The position numbers and the translations under genes were made by a program. Source: Auanema rhodensis (Eukaryota > Animalia > Nematoda). From it: a stretch of DNA of 64,000 nucleotides. Location: the NCBI GenBank assembly GCA_964057225.1, contig OZ059895.1:8494001-8558000 (forward strand), written 5' to 3'. Under the pieces are notes generated by a model that did no database searches, was not told the DNA's origin, and worked only from the letters and a program-made list of their open reading frames with translations. Of this stretch, positions 12,077-33,987 are shown one piece after another (position 1 is the stretch's first letter; every line of letters starts with the position of its first letter).

Positions 12077-13896
12077 GTAATCCGTGAGGAATATGATGAT
12101 GTTGAAGACAACGATGGCATAGATTATGATGATGATGATGCTGCTGTTACTTATGCTGCTGAAGATGCAGACAACGACAACATAACCTCTGTAGCCACTA
12201 TGATGATTCTAAGATTACATTGTACTAACGGCAGCTATGTTGTTTCACTAGATATTCCATGTAGATGAGGTTGTTGATTCTCAAAGACAATGCTAGGCTG
12301 TGAGTGTCGTTGTCAACGTCGCTGTGGCTGAAAAACTCGAGGTCGTTACCCTCCCGTTTCCTTCCATTTTCTCTACCGACTAACCAATTTTCCCGCCAAT
12401 TTCTTCTGTTTTACAGTTCACATTGGTCGGTAATAGCCTTATATTATCTGTACATCGTTTGAATGTATTCTTTTATCATTTTTCCTTCTTTGTCATCATC
12501 TTCGTCATCAGTATTCAGCAATATATTCGTTATTACTTTCTTAGCTTATATTCTTTTGTAACATTTTTCCTTCTGACATCATAATCACCGTCATTTTCAT
12601 CTTTTTCTATTTTCTTTCTTATTTTCTATTTCTCTAATAAATTGTTTAATTATGTTCTTTTTTGCCATTTTTATCTTACTATATGATGTTTAATTCCTAT
12701 ACAGATTGACACACACCCTCCCACCCTTATATACACCTCTAATGTACAACCAGCTGGCTTTAATATGTTATTTGGCTGGCTGGCTTGAACTAGTCAAATA
12801 TTTTTTCCCAAAATTTTCAGTCATTACGAAAATATTTTTTTTCCAATTGTTCCACTACCACTAAACCATTTTAACTTTTCTTTTTTCTTGAAATCGATCG
12901 ATAATCGAAAATGAGTGTGAATCAGAGAGTAGAAATGGCGGTTCAAATAATTTATTCATATTTCAAAATTACGTACTTAAAAAAAAACAAAATTAGATGT
13001 ATTTGAACAATTTTTTTGAAATAACACTTCCGTTCCTATCGTCAGCTTAATATATTATGAAATATATATAAGAAATGAAAAACTTTATTGTTAATACTCC
13101 GTTGGTTTTAAAAGAATTCCTCCTTGTTGGTCAATACATTTATTTGCCCTGATTCTAATAAGTACGTGGTACTAACTCGAACATGCGAATCATATTCATT
13201 TTCAAGTTTAGTAGGTTTTTCATTTTTTTTTCTAGATCAATATGGTTGGGGGGATGAATAACATTCAAAGACGAGAACTGTCGATGAGTTTAAGTGGAAA
13301 ATATATGTTCAAGAGTAAAGGAAATGTCAGATCTGAAAGGTTACAAAGATTGTTCTAAGAAATTTATTTTAAAGTTTTCGTTACATCCATATATGTACTC
13401 AATTCGTTGCTCTTCTAACTTATTCTCATTGAATTCAAGCATGATTTACTTTTCTTTTGTCAGTTTTTCTATTTTAAAAGCTTAGCCGCTGATCTCCTTT
13501 TTTTGGGGAAAAGCTGATTCCAAAATGAATGATCATTTCTTTTTTTTTAGGAAAAAAAGATTGCTATCGGCAAGAACTTGCTGAAGACAGATTTGAATAG
13601 TTGATACGGTGAACGTCGACAAGACTGAGACCCCACGACACCGAGACATCGACAGCCGTCGCTAGCTGACGAAGAAGAACACAACGACGTTAACGACGAG
13701 ATTTCACCGTCTTATCGTCGTCGTCCGTTGTACGCGGAGTTTTGGAACGCTGTCGTCATCGTTGTCTCCACTCCCTAACGTTTAAGAGTAGACAACTGCT
13801 ATTTCCAGTCATTTGGATCTTCTTCCTTCCAGTGCAGCCGTCCAACACGTGGGTTCAAGAAGATAAGGAGAATTCTCACAAAGACATCATTCCAAG

Positions 13897-15526
13897 ATGG
13901 TTATAACAAAGGTTAGTAAAGAATCTTTTTTATATTTCGTTACTAGAACATACTATTTGCTTGTTTGAATTCTTTTTATTATTTAATTTTTACATATTCT
14001 ATTCTATTATATTCTATTCTGTACATACTATTCCATAATTTTGCTTATATTTCAATATTTTTCAAACTTATTACTTATGAATTCTTCTGTTATTTTGAGT
14101 TTTCGATCAACTCTTTACTTTTATCTTAATGGATTATTTCTTCAATTCTCCCTAGTGTCCATTCTAGGACGATAAAAATCGTATGAAGCCAGATATGAGC
14201 GGCGACTCGATGAATACTAGAACCGGTAGGCTGTCAAATGAAGATGAAAAGCCAATGAAAAAATTTAATCTCTGACTTTGTAAAATACATTTTCAACCAT
14301 TGTGTTTGTAATTTTATTCCAATTTTTGCGTATTCAGGAGTTTCGGATTAAAATGCCGATGACGGTTGATGAATTCGAAAAAGGTCAACTTTATGCTGTT
14401 GCACATTGTAGCAAAAATGAGACTGGGGGTGGTGAAGGGGCTCAGGTAATATCAGCCAAAAAATATATTGAGTTATGAAATTTCTTTTAGTTCTTAAAAC
14501 AAGAAGATTTTAGTTCTGATGATTTGATTCCTGGACAAACTGTGTCAGGTACTTATACATATAAATTATATAAACTACGATCAAAAGCACCATGGGTTTT
14601 ACAAAAGGTTTGATCTAGTTTGAATGCGAATCGTTTTTAAATTATTATTTTCTTATCAGTTGTTACCAGCTGAGGCTTTTGAAGTTCATGAAGAAAGTTG
14701 GAATGCATATCCATATTGTAAAACAGTTATTACGGTTAGTTATAATACTATATATATATAGTATTAACAAGTTTATATATAGAATCCTGGCTATATGAAA
14801 GATAATTTCAAAGTTATAATAGAATCATTACATCTAGATGATAATGGAACATCTTCAAATGTAAAAATTATTATTTTAATTTTAATTTTAAATATTTTCC
14901 TTTAAGCCTTTGAGAGGAAAAGAAAATAGAGATATTCATGTGATTGATATTTGTGATGATAGCTTTTTACATAAAGATGATTATAAAGAAACAAAAGATC
15001 CTAAAATATTCAGGTAAATCATTCACTTTTTAAAGTTTTTTCTTCATAACAATACAAATTCTACTAATTCTACTAATTATTTTATATTTTAAGGTCTGCA
15101 ATCACTGAACGTGGCCCATTAAAGTCAAATTGGGAAAATACCACAAACCCCGTTAGTTTTCACTTAAATTTAAATAAATTATTTATATTTTTAAAGGTTA
15201 TGTGTGCTTATAAGTTAGTGACAGTTCACTTTAAATGGACAGGAATAGGTAATTTGGTTGAAAAATCGATAGTAAAGCAATATCCACGAATTTTTGGAAA
15301 ACTTCACAGGTATTTTCCTCTTCCAAACGATTATTTTTCATTTTTGAACCATTCTTCTAGAGAATGTTGGTGTTGGATAGATGATTGGTATAACATGTCA
15401 ATGTCTGATATTCGAAATATGGAAGAGAAAATTGCTGAAATATTACGTGGGCAAATTCTAGAAGCTGATCGACGTGGTACAACATGTAATGATTCAGCAG
15501 ATTCAAGAACAGGAGAACGAGCTTGA
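13897..15526 (+). CDS. Class I phosphatidylinositol transfer protein (PITP), multi-exon
   Basis: MVITK|EFRIKMPMTVDEFEKGQLYAVAHCSKNETGGGEG, EESWNAYPYCKT, MCAYKLVTVHFKW, CWIDDWYNMSMSDIR. Stop TGA ends at 15526. Confidence 0.93.
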
Positions 15527-18500
15527 GCATAGTAGTGTTGTTAGAGAACCGAACAATATCTGTTTTTGCATGTCTTTTTTTGTCAATTTTCGAAGGTTTT
15601 TGTCACCTTTTTTAGCCGACACTTACTCTTAATAATATATGACAAATCGACTATTTACTAACTTACCCAAGTTTAACCGGTCAGTTGAGAATAAAATTTT
15701 CTGATTGCTCAAATAATAAAATATATGAAGAAAGAGAGAAACGGAGTACTGAGAAGGTGGGCCTTACCTTAATAAGCAAAGGGAAAATCTTTTAGAAAAT
15801 GATTCGATGAGCAAATAAAAGAAATTTCAGTAAAGGTGTTTAATACATTCAATACAATTTGCAACATTTTATAAAGAAAAGTATAAAAGATATGAATATA
15901 CTAACTGCTTCTTATTCCTTTTTTTTGAAAATTCACTATATTCTTATCTTATTACTTATAACAAAAGAGTTTATTACTTAGTATATTATATAAATTTCAT
16001 TAGTTTTCAATTACTTTTTACAATCCCCTTAGTATTTTGTATCAAAACATTTTCCTACAGGTCATAGTTTAGTATCATAGATGACAATTAGCACATCCAT
16101 ATAATCCTATTAATCCTGCTATACTATGCCGGGCATCATCAAGAGGGTCGGCACGACCTTGTAATTCAGAAATCTTAGAGAGCTACAAATCCTTGAATAT
16201 TCTCGAAAAAACTAAAGATGCCTGAGCTGAAACGGAAAATATAATTTAAGGTTTATGTTGCAGCATAAAACTTGGCCTGTAAACGTCTACAACTGACTCA
16301 AAGACTCATTTCTTCTTTTTTTATAATTTATAATATATGTATAGATATAACTATATATAAATTAAATATAAAAATAATATAATTTAGTTCTATTGATGGC
16401 ATTTTTTCATTTTTCTTGACAACCTTTAACATTTCCAATTAATAATGGACATTAATTATTTTCTTTTTATCTTGTTGCACCTCATATGGAGAGGATACCC
16501 CGCTTAGATTATTCTTTGATTGTCATTTTCTCCTTATTACATATACTATTTCTTATATAATAATAACAGATGGTTGACACATGAAAGAGAAAATGTTCTT
16601 CGGAGAAGAAGAAAAAGAAAACATTTTTCTAAAAAGGTTAAGAAGACATACGACGACGATAAATGAAAATGATGAAGAACTCTAAGTGAATGATCTATTT
16701 GTTCCAGTTAATAATGAATAGAATAGTTAGTAATTCATAAAAAGAATAAAATATAAATTATAATAATTAGTTTCTTCTTTTTTTTTTCATTTGAGATGGT
16801 TAAAACTTTCATATTTTTCCTGTTATCTATTGTATTCGAGAGACATGTTTATATAAGTATTGTAGGAAAAATGTAAAATATGTATGTAAAAACGTAGAAG
16901 AAAGACAATATTATAAATTGTTTATTATTACAAAAGTATTATATGATATATAAAAATAATTAAGTTTTAATAAAAGGTTGAAATATTAAGTTTAAAAATT
17001 ATAAAAAAATTAAATTATTCTTTATTTTCTTTTTCTTTTGATATACCAAACGATGAGTTGAAACTGTACAATTGATGTAGATAGATGAGAATATACCATC
17101 AAATTGTCTTTGTTTCATTGAAAATCTCATTAATCTTACCTCAAATGCTAGAGCAACTTCTTCGTTGTTCTTTCATTTGATTTTCTTATATTTAGTATTT
17201 CTTCTTCGTTAACTAATAATATTAATATTCATTACATTCAGATATCTTAATATCAATATTTCTTTCTGAAAACCTCATACAAATAAAAAAAAAGTTTTTT
17301 TTCTTTTGTGAAACCGACAATGTCTAATCTTATATTCACTCTCTTACTCAACCTTTCTTCGTTTTTTCACAAAACTAAGGTAAAGTATGATGAATAATAA
17401 GATTATTCTATAATAATAATAATAATCATCATCATAACCTTTTCTAAAAGTAAGAAACAATTTATTGAAATATTGATGGTATGAGGGTTGGTTAGGATGG
17501 TAGAGGGTTGGCTTAAGGCCGAGGACATTTTGCTCATTTCTATCATCCTCTTCTTCTCAACTGTCCCTCGTTCTTTATCTTTCTTTCTCTCTATATATCG
17601 TTACCGTTAGTTTTCTTTCGTTTTTTTTTCCATAGCTGTAAAGCTATTTTGTGTTGTTTCATTTTCGTAAAAGAAATGAAAACATTTTGTTTCATCTTCC
17701 TCATGATTTTATTGATTTTCTATATACTATTTGGATTTATTTATTATTATTTTTATTTATTTTCTAATTTATATTATTCTCAAATTTTCATTTCATTATC
17801 TTCTAAACTCTACTTCGTGAGCATTTGCTTTAACCAGATGGTTTGATTTGTAGATTAATGAGCTAAACGTTGATCTGAACCCAATGTATCAATCAGAAAT
17901 CTTCGTTTCAAACGAATGAATGATTCAAATCAAATTAAATAAACTTATTTTTTTATTGTTCTATTGTTCTATTAACTATTTAAATGATTATTCAACATAT
18001 AAATTGTCTTTTTAATGCTATACATGGACCTATTTTCATGTTTGAATCTAATGTGATTTCCTTTATTGGCATGAAGGTTAAATTTTGACATTTCTTTTCA
18101 GGATCATCAGATTGTCTTTTCATTCCTTCTTCCCTTTTTTCAATTTTTTTAACAAAAGTTTTTAGTTATCCTTTTCTTATAATATTAAACTTATTCTTAA
18201 TCATATTCTATTAATCAAACTAAAACATATTGATTATTATTTTTATTTTTTTCATCTTCTTTACAGATATAGCATAATTAATTTTTATAAAAATCCATAT
18301 AATTAAATTATTTATTTGTTTATTTTATTATTTTCAAATTCAAATTCTTTATTTTTAAAATTATTATCTATTCATAATTATTTTAACTATAATTATCTTT
18401 TAATAATCAATAGTACTTTTATCAGTTATTCTTATTCTCATCTAACAGTCTAATTTGTATTCTTTCTTCTATTTATATACATTTCTTAATCGTTTAAATA

Positions 18501-18695
18501 CATTTTTATTTTAAATATTAATAAATAATTTTGAAATATTTAAGAAAACTACTGTTTTTGTGTCTATTCATCTCTGTTAAATATAGTCAATCGTATTCTT
18601 CCGGTCATTCCTAACACATGAGGTGTTTCATCTAAAAATGTAATGTTTTGACATTTTTTTTTGTCTTTTATAATCTGATTTCTATATACTTTTAG

Positions 18696-25422
<6,727 letters not shown>

Positions 25423-26184
25423 AATTGTTTATGTAACTTGTGTGCTCGCATAACCGTATCTACGGGTATTATATAAGACATTACGGTTAAAAGTATGTCT
25501 TATAATGCATTTTTTTAATATTAAGATTGTTTTAATAAATATTTAAAGTTTATGCGATTTTATCTTGTTCTAATATTGAAAATATGTCCTGTAGATTGAA
25601 TAATCATCGGTATATACTAAAGATTTCATAAGTTGTATGAATTATCATTACAGGATTCAAGCATTAATGCTCAGATTTTAGTATATTTTTAACTTTTTTT
25701 TTATTTACAGGTATTACTTCATATCTAATAATAAAATGGTCTTGGGATGTGAATTAATCTTCATAAATTTTAAACAAAAACAACAACAACAATTGAATAT
25801 TTATTCTCAAATTTATAAACCTTTTTAACATTGTTAACAATAAATAAAGTTATTTATACGATTAATGATTCTGCATTTATATTAAGTTTTTTATCTTTCA
25901 TACATTGATGTCACATTTTAAAATTAAAAGATTGAAGACATGGTTGCAAAATGTATCTTCTAAATAAAAATGTTGTTAATTATAAAGTAAATATTTTGAA
26001 CGGTACTATTATTTACGCGCAATATTCACGGCGTTAACGATTATTTGCGTACGAAATATTCAAATTCAATTTTGAAAATTCTTTTTTTTTTCTATCTTTA
26101 CTGCCTAGATTAGTAAATTTTATCACTTAGTTAATGAAAAAAAATGTGTTGTTTTCTTTGAAATTTGTTTTTTTCTAGAGAACC

Positions 26185-29100
26185 ATGGACATTTTTCATG
26201 ATTCGGAATTAGTCTTCAGCGATACATATGCCCCCAAGCATACTAGGACACTCTTAGTAAACACAAGTAAACAAAAAATAAGTGTTTGTAAATTTTTTTT
26301 AATGCTTTTAGATGCTCCTCTTCACTCTATTAATTCAAATGTTCCTCCATCAGCAGGTGTTTTTAATTTTCCTTCAGATTCCCCTTATTCGGATAGATTT
26401 TTACTTTGGTAACTTACAAAAATTGAAAGAGACGCTAATGTTCTTTTCAGGAGAGCGATAGGCCAAAAGCTGTATTTAGAAGAGAGATCACTTTGTCGAA
26501 CAGTTATTGGAGGAACCTTGTGCTTGGATTTTGCTAGAACATCAATTGTACCAGGAACTTCTATTACGTTACTTGATCAGTCGATTCTTTGTATAATTGT
26601 TCCGACCCAGTCCACAGTACATCGGTTTCAAACTCGGCTTCTTCATGACATTTCCGATCTGTTATCTGGGGATACATGCAACGGCCTTTTGGCTGATGTT
26701 ACTGATAGTGAATTTTTGAATGATTATCATTCATCTTATTTATTAACAACAAATGGCCAAGCTACTAAAGCTGCAGTTGTAGATTTGCAAGATAATGGGA
26801 GCACTGCAAAGGTCAGTATTCTAGTTTTGTTTATGAAAATTTCATTGTTACATATTCAGATAGCTTATTGTATGGCAGAAGGAGAACTGGTAGTTGTTAC
26901 TCTCTCCGCCTCAAAAGGTATTTAGTTAATTTGTTTTTTAAATTATTAATTAATTTCAGGTCACTGTAGCGAAGTTGTTTATAAAGAAAAAGGCTATTTG
27001 TCTAGAATAATAACGGGTATTTAACATTTTAATAGAAATTATTATTTATTGACAATAGGTTCATCTGGAAGAGAAGGCGTAGCTGATATATGTGGTTTAA
27101 TAAGCAATGGCGAATTACGTGAAGTTGAATCATTTTATGCTGTTCACAGAGATTGCCATTTACGTGTTTGGAACACCGAGGTTTTCACTTATAATCATTT
27201 TTCTTGTTATAATCAATATTTTAGTCAGCTAAAGCTCGCTCTCTCCCATTATCTCAAATTGATAGTTGTCTTAAGCACTTTCCTGAAGTTTATGCTGGTT
27301 TGGAAAACTGTTGAGTTATACATTTAAAAAACTATTTTAGATTCTTCTCTTGGAGTTCGTGCTTTCTACGTAAACGGTTTAACCATAGTCGTAGTTTTCA
27401 TAGCTTGTGCAAATCAGACTCCAAGGGTTTTTCTTTGTTTTTTTTATCGTTTATCATAATTTTTTGAATATTTAGTTTCATTTCATTGTTGATCACAATA
27501 AGAAATTGCAACGATTTTGTACCGTGGATGACAATCACGTAAAAACTTATTAAATGAATATTAAGCAATTCTTTTTTTAGAAAGGGCGATTATTAGATTT
27601 TGGTTTGACATTCAAAAGTGGAGAACAACCCAAGTTATGGGCTCTCTGGAATAATCTTCAAGTTTCTAATGAACATCTTCTTCAACATATAGACATCTCA
27701 CTGTAAGTTCTGTATTTTTTTCCATCGTCAATTTTTTTTTCAGCGATATATCAAACTCATCTATTGGCTCATGGAGCTCAGTTCGTCCTTATTCCCTCCC
27801 TAAACCTATTTCAAATGATATGAGTTGTAATGAACTTCGAGAAACTTTATTCAATGCTGATTGTTATCCATTCGATGTTGTACACAGAGCTATTCAGGTG
27901 AATTTTCCTTCTTTTTCATATTTTAATCAAAATTTTTATATTCAGATTTGTTGCAAAGAAAATATTAGCGATGAAAAGCATGGCAATTGGAAATACTTAT
28001 CCGAGACTGTAGAAAATTACATGAGAACTCCAGAGGTTTTTTTTTAAAGAAAATGAGATTTTTCAATATTTTATTTTCAGTTTGACCATAGATATGTGGA
28101 TCGAAGAAAGTCACTCCGAATTTCTTCCAAAGAAGTACATGCTGAAGCAGAGAAAAAATTACTGTTTGAGTTAGCATCTACTTGCGATCAACTGGAACTA
28201 GCCGCTAGAGGTCCTGTCGGTCTTTTCATACTCGATATTCCCGGGGCTTGTTTAACAGGAGTTGTGCAACAGGTAGATTTTAATTAGAAATGCTATATTT
28301 TATTATTCAATTATAGGATCGGTTTTCTATTGTTTCTCATGCTAACCCATCATTAAAAGAAGCTTTAAAAAATTGTGATGAAATGGAGGTAGAGAGAGCA
28401 CTTCAATGTGTAGTTGAAAAATCACCTGATGTAATTAATTATTGCTTTACTGATATTGAATAATTGAGTTATAGGAGAATTCATCAGAGGAAGGAGATGA
28501 CTCTGCTTCTGATAATTTTGAATTGACACATTTCGATACCTCATCCTTTGACCGTTGGAGGACTATAATCAACGAATTCATTACTTTATCTGAAAAAGAA
28601 ACAACGGAGGAAACAGGTGCATTTTTCCTTCTTTAATTACATAATATCATATATTCAGCACTTGCGGAAGTTCCCAAAGCCATGTTCGCTGGTCAGTTTA
28701 CCTGCGGTTTGATCTTTGCAACATTATGGAAAAGAACAAGAGAGCGAGTAAACTTTGCACAGAACATGAAAAAGTTTATTCGTATGTATAAGGTATTTTA
28801 CTATTCTTTTTTTTTTCTATAAAAAAAATGTCCAGAAAGAAGTTAACGGCAATAGACAACATGTGAAGAATATCGAAAGCAAACTAACTAATCTTCTAGC
28901 TGGATACAAACTTCTTTTATCTCAACTGGACATGAAAGTGGCAAGGTTTTGTTTTCTTTTGGAACTGTTCGGAAATAGAAACATTATTGTAGCAGCGACT
29001 CGTCTAACAAATACGTTGTTCTTGGAAGTTGGTTCCTTGAGAAGAACAGCTTAGGTCATATTTTATGTGAAGCTGGTGTAACTGTTCAACCTGATGATTG

Positions 29101-31428
29101 GACACCAGAATATAATAACTTTGTTGAATCTCTTTATCTGGTAAGCATAATCTAGAAATATTAGAAGAATTTGTTATACTTTAGGCTTGCTTATCAACCT
29201 TGTGGGAAACATCAAGTTCTACTCTTCTTTTCCGAAGTTTAGTTGTTCATAAACAATTCTCGACTTTGAAGGTTTGAAGATAATTTTTACATTATTAAAA
29301 TTTCTTTCTGTATTTAGAAGCTTTGTGTACTTCATATTAGCCCACCTCTGCATCTATTGAATATTGTTCGGTTTTATTCTGCTGTAGCTTATTCTGGAAT
29401 AGGACAACCTGTTAAGGTTTGTGAAAAATATGTATTATGTGAACATACAACTTATACTTTTAGGCTATGACAGCATTTATTGAAGCTTCTTCTGGCGTTT
29501 CGTCTCAATCTCCAGCCATGATTAGAGCCTTGAAAGCTTTATGCAATGTTCGAGAAGATATTTCTCTTGGAGACTATTACACTATGGTATACAAGTAGAA
29601 ATGAGAATAGTTTGTTTATATATGTATTATAGACAATCAGCTTCCTTAGTGATCATGGTCATAGTGAAGAAGTTGTTGAGATGTCCAGAAAAGCTATTGA
29701 GCAACTTCCAGAAGGAAACGAAAGTACCAGTCGAATTTACGCAACGCTGTTCAATCATTTGGTTAATAAATGCAATTGGGTTGACGCTTTGAGTACAATT
29801 CAAAAGAATAAGGTAAATCATTAAGTTCTTTTAGATTTTTATAATTATTACTGTTTAAGAACACCGAAGACAGACGTCTTACTCTTCGTGACTTTATTAC
29901 TCGCTTGCTTCATGCTAAGGAATATAAAACATTGGTAGAGTTACGATATGGAGAATTAGAGGACAATGTAAATCTTTACTTTTTCAAATCAATTTTGTTT
30001 TTTTTCTTAAGGTTGAAGACATCTTATTAGCTGCAGCTCGATCTCAAGATGTTCATGCTAATCCTCATCTGTTTGAAATTGTCTTCTCTTATTATACTTT
30101 CAAGTCTGATTTTGCTAAAGGTTTGTTTCTGAGTCTTGCTGATGTATCAGTTTAATATTTATATTCAGCTGCTCATTCTATGTATGAATATGCTGTATAC
30201 CTTAGCCAAGTAACTCAAACTCCAGAGTTATTAAGACGAAGAAGGGATGCGATTGCAATCGCTTCTGCTTCTTTGGATCTACTTCCAGCCTCGGATCGAT
30301 TTTTATGGTTCCCTGAAGAAGTAAGTTTATCACCCTGGTTTTTTTCTATATTTTCTTTCACAGGTTGCTGAAATTGACTATGATCTTACTGATAATATGA
30401 ACCTTCGCAATGTACCAGATGATCAAGTTCCTATTATTAAGAGACGGAAAATTCGAATGCTATCTGCTAAAGAGTATACAAATCACTTCAAATATTCATT
30501 AGAAAATTTATTTTTTTAGTAATTGTGATGAATTTATTATCGCGAATGCTAGGGTCGCTTTGATGGCAAATGGTAAGATTCCACCAACTAATCCTGCGGA
30601 TATCTTAGCTGATCTTATTGCTTCGAAAGAATTCGACTTGGCTTTTGAAGTGTGCATGTAAGTATTCCTTATTGTCCCAAATTCGAACGTTATTTTAGAA
30701 ATTGTGATGTGCAACCTTATGATCTCTTCTTCGCTTTAGCGAAAGAGTCAATCATTTTAGATATTCAACAACCAACTATCTTACCTGATTGGCTTCATAA
30801 GAACAGAAGATATACAGAAGGAAAGTTTGTGGGGTTAGTTTCGTTGACCCTATTTCATCCTCTGGTTATGTTCATTTAAAGGGATAATTGGTCGGTAGCA
30901 ACTGGACTTCTCGCCGCAGCTAGAAAAGTCTGGCCTGCCGATTCAAGACCATACAGAGCAATGACAAATGCCGTTCTTAGTCATGGTCTCAATATCCCTT
31001 GTTGGCTACAAACAGAATATGCGGTAATTTGTCAATTAATTGTTATTATTATGAAGAATTGTTTTAGGATTTTGATATTTCTGATTACGTTCGTTGCTTG
31101 CTTGACTTTAACTGTTTACCTACAGCTCTAACAATCCTTTCTGATTACATAGGACGAGAAACCGATAAAGTATTATATAAATTAGTCAGTTAACTTATAT
31201 ATTTATGTTTTAGGTGAAATCCGCTGAAGAACGAACATGGCTACCATATACAGTTATAGATGAAATATTAAAAGTTTCTGTAAAACCCGAAATGAAGGAG
31301 GTATAATTTTGCTTGGTGAAAATTACTTAAATCTTTGTTTTCAGCTTGTATTAAGGCTCAATGAACGACTACGAGTTTATAAATCTAGAATAAGCTCTTT
31401 TGAAACAGCTGCAAGATTTGCCTTATAA
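26185..31428 (+). CDS. npp-6: Nucleoporin Nup160 homologue, multi-exon
   Basis: N-terminal SAGVF...DRFLLWR...KLYLEERSL, HRDCHLRVW, later helical region (AAHSMYEYA, WLPYTVID). Stop TAA at 31426-31428. Family assigned by motif recognition, supported by adjacency to slx-1. Confidence 0.78.
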
Positions 31429-31649
31429 GGACACCGGTATTTCGACTATTTTAATTTAACTTTAACTATTCATTGTCTGAAACATGCTTGTTTTCACTTG
31501 TTGTTCTTTAAATTGTTATTTTTTGTGATCTTTGTATGAATCTCATTTCGTACTGCATTCCATAATATTTATTTGAAATTTTTGGTTGAGCCCAATATCT
31601 TTTTTTCTGTTTAATTTTTAAAATCTAATTCTTCTGTAGATCAGATGCA

Positions 31650-33058
31650 ATGGATGACAGCGATTGTGTTGTACTAGATTCGGCAGAAAATGTAAGTTAA
31701 AATTGGATATTTCAAATGTTTTAACATTAACTATTACAGAGTCCAAACCAAGTTCAAAGCATTCCTGGAATACCAAGGAATTTTGCGGATGATGACTTGA
31801 AAAGGTTTTCCTTTAGTGATAGTGTTCGCAGATCTTTATCACAACCAGTTAATACTAATATCATACTAGATGAGGTAACTTAGTGTGCTTACAAACTGTT
31901 TATTCAATGTTATTGAGCCAGAAGACAGAGTGATCAGTCCGGCAGCTCAAGCTCTGATCAGTCCTGTCAAGAAACGATGTAAGAAAATACCTTCAATACT
32001 TGATGAGTTTTTCGGTGTTTATTGTTTAATCAGTCGTAGTCAGTTGAAGCATTATAAGGTTAGGATATTGCATATGTTGTTTCCCAAACGGTTTGATATA
32101 GAATCGATGTTATATCGGCTATACTGTTGATCCTAATCGACGAATAAATCAACATAATGGAGGGAAAGAAAAAGGTGGAGCGAAAAAAACTGATAGTAAA
32201 GGTCCTTGGTACGTCTTTATAAGTGAATAGACATAAAACGTCTTTGTATTATAGGGATATGGTATGCATCATTCACGGGTTTCCTAACTCTGTGGCTGCA
32301 TTGCGCTTCGAATGGGCTTGGCAGAATCCTGACAAATCAAAAGCAATCAAGGATTTAAATTTGAAAAAAAATAAGAAAGAAACACCATTTGCGTTTAGGT
32401 ACTCTAATCTCAAAGCTTTAAATTTTTAGTCGATTCAGGCTTCGAATTGCTTGTCATCTTCTGAATAGTATTCCCTGGTGTCGCTACGCTTTAACATTCC
32501 GATGGCTTTTAGTTGTAAGTTTTGATGAAATAAGTTCTTGAATTAAAAATATCAACTAGAGTGAGGAATTACCATTTCCACCCGATGTTCCCATCCCACA
32601 ACATATTCGATCTGCATATGGATTAGTTGAAAAAACATCAACCCAGATTCCTCAAGATGCTCTTGGTTACTTACCTCGTGGAAAATGTGGACTATGTACT
32701 ATCGATATTCAAAGGGTTTGTTACTTTTATTAATTCTTAAACCTTATTTTTCGTTATTTCAGCTTTCACATTTAGTTCGATGTAGTTCATGTAAAGTATG
32801 TTTTCATACTAGATGTTTAGCAGAATTTAACTTAAAAGAAGAAAAAAGGTATATTTGCTGAATTTAATTTGATTTACTGATTTATTATATTTGAGATGTC
32901 AACTGTTTCCTGTCAAATGTGAATGTCCAAAATGTTTCGCCAAATTTTTCTGGGGTGATATCATTAAGGATCAACATCATATGTTGAAAATTGATGAAGT
33001 TAAAAATGAAACATTTGAAAAAGAATTAGTTCCTGGGCTTCTTCTCCCAGCTGGATGA
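31650..33058 (+). CDS. slx-1: SLX1 structure-specific endonuclease (GIY-YIG plus C-terminal Zn finger)
   Basis: [11 protein letters not shown]...[19 protein letters not shown]...[28 protein letters not shown], and C-terminal CxxC motifs (CGLC, CSSC, CPKC). Stop TGA at 33056-33058. Confidence 0.93.
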
Positions 33059-33215
33059 ATATTGTTTTAACACTAGCCTTTAATTTTTTATTATGCAATA
33101 ATCCTTGTGATATACGATTTCAATCATTTCTTCTTTTTTTTTCAATTCGGTTAATTGCCGTTATTTATTTGTTTTATACAAAAATTTGTTTTAAATATTG
33201 AGCTTTGTCTACAGA

Positions 33216-33465
<250 letters not shown>

Positions 33466-33987
33466 ACTAGGCGACTTACTGCAGAAAATTGTTGATTTCA
33501 TTTGTTTTGTTCTGTCCATTGTGTTTCTTACGTAGTTGTACCACAACCAATTGTACAATTTCATTTTAAAAAAATCTTATTTTGTTGTTTTTCATTAATT
33601 ATGATGTACAGGTTTATTCATCTGCTACAATATCTGTTATAGTTTTTATTTCTCAACTTTTGTAATCGATTTATTCGTTTCCTTGTCTTGCGGTCACTAG
33701 TTGAGATGTCGCTTGACCCGTGCGTTCTTGTATCTCCGCTAGCCTGTTTTCTATCGTAATTTCTCTCTCTCTTTCTCTGTACACATCCTCAGTCTCTCGA
33801 AGCTATGCATCTATCCACGATTCTTTCAGTTATGTTCTCGTTCTTTCTCTATGCACTAATATTTCTTTCTCTTATTGACCGTTTTTCTCTATATCAGTGT
33901 GAATTTAAAACTAAATTTCATTCATACTTAATCTATATATTTCAGTACTCCTATTAAGGAACTTTTTATTTCGTTGAAAGTTTAATA

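Larger units (their letters stand above)
8150..15005 (+). repeat. Tandem segmental duplication, copy 2 (undeleted; runs into the intact PITP gene)
   Basis: Near-identical to 3082-7995 except for indels. The end is defined by the PITP exon sequence matching 8049-8147. Confidence 0.9.

Noticed and set aside
3082-15005. Duplication as a pure haplotype-assembly artefact
   Set aside because: A specific PITP/kal-1 chimeric junction and copy-specific deletions are not expected from two alleles placed side by side. Long reads are still needed to exclude it fully.
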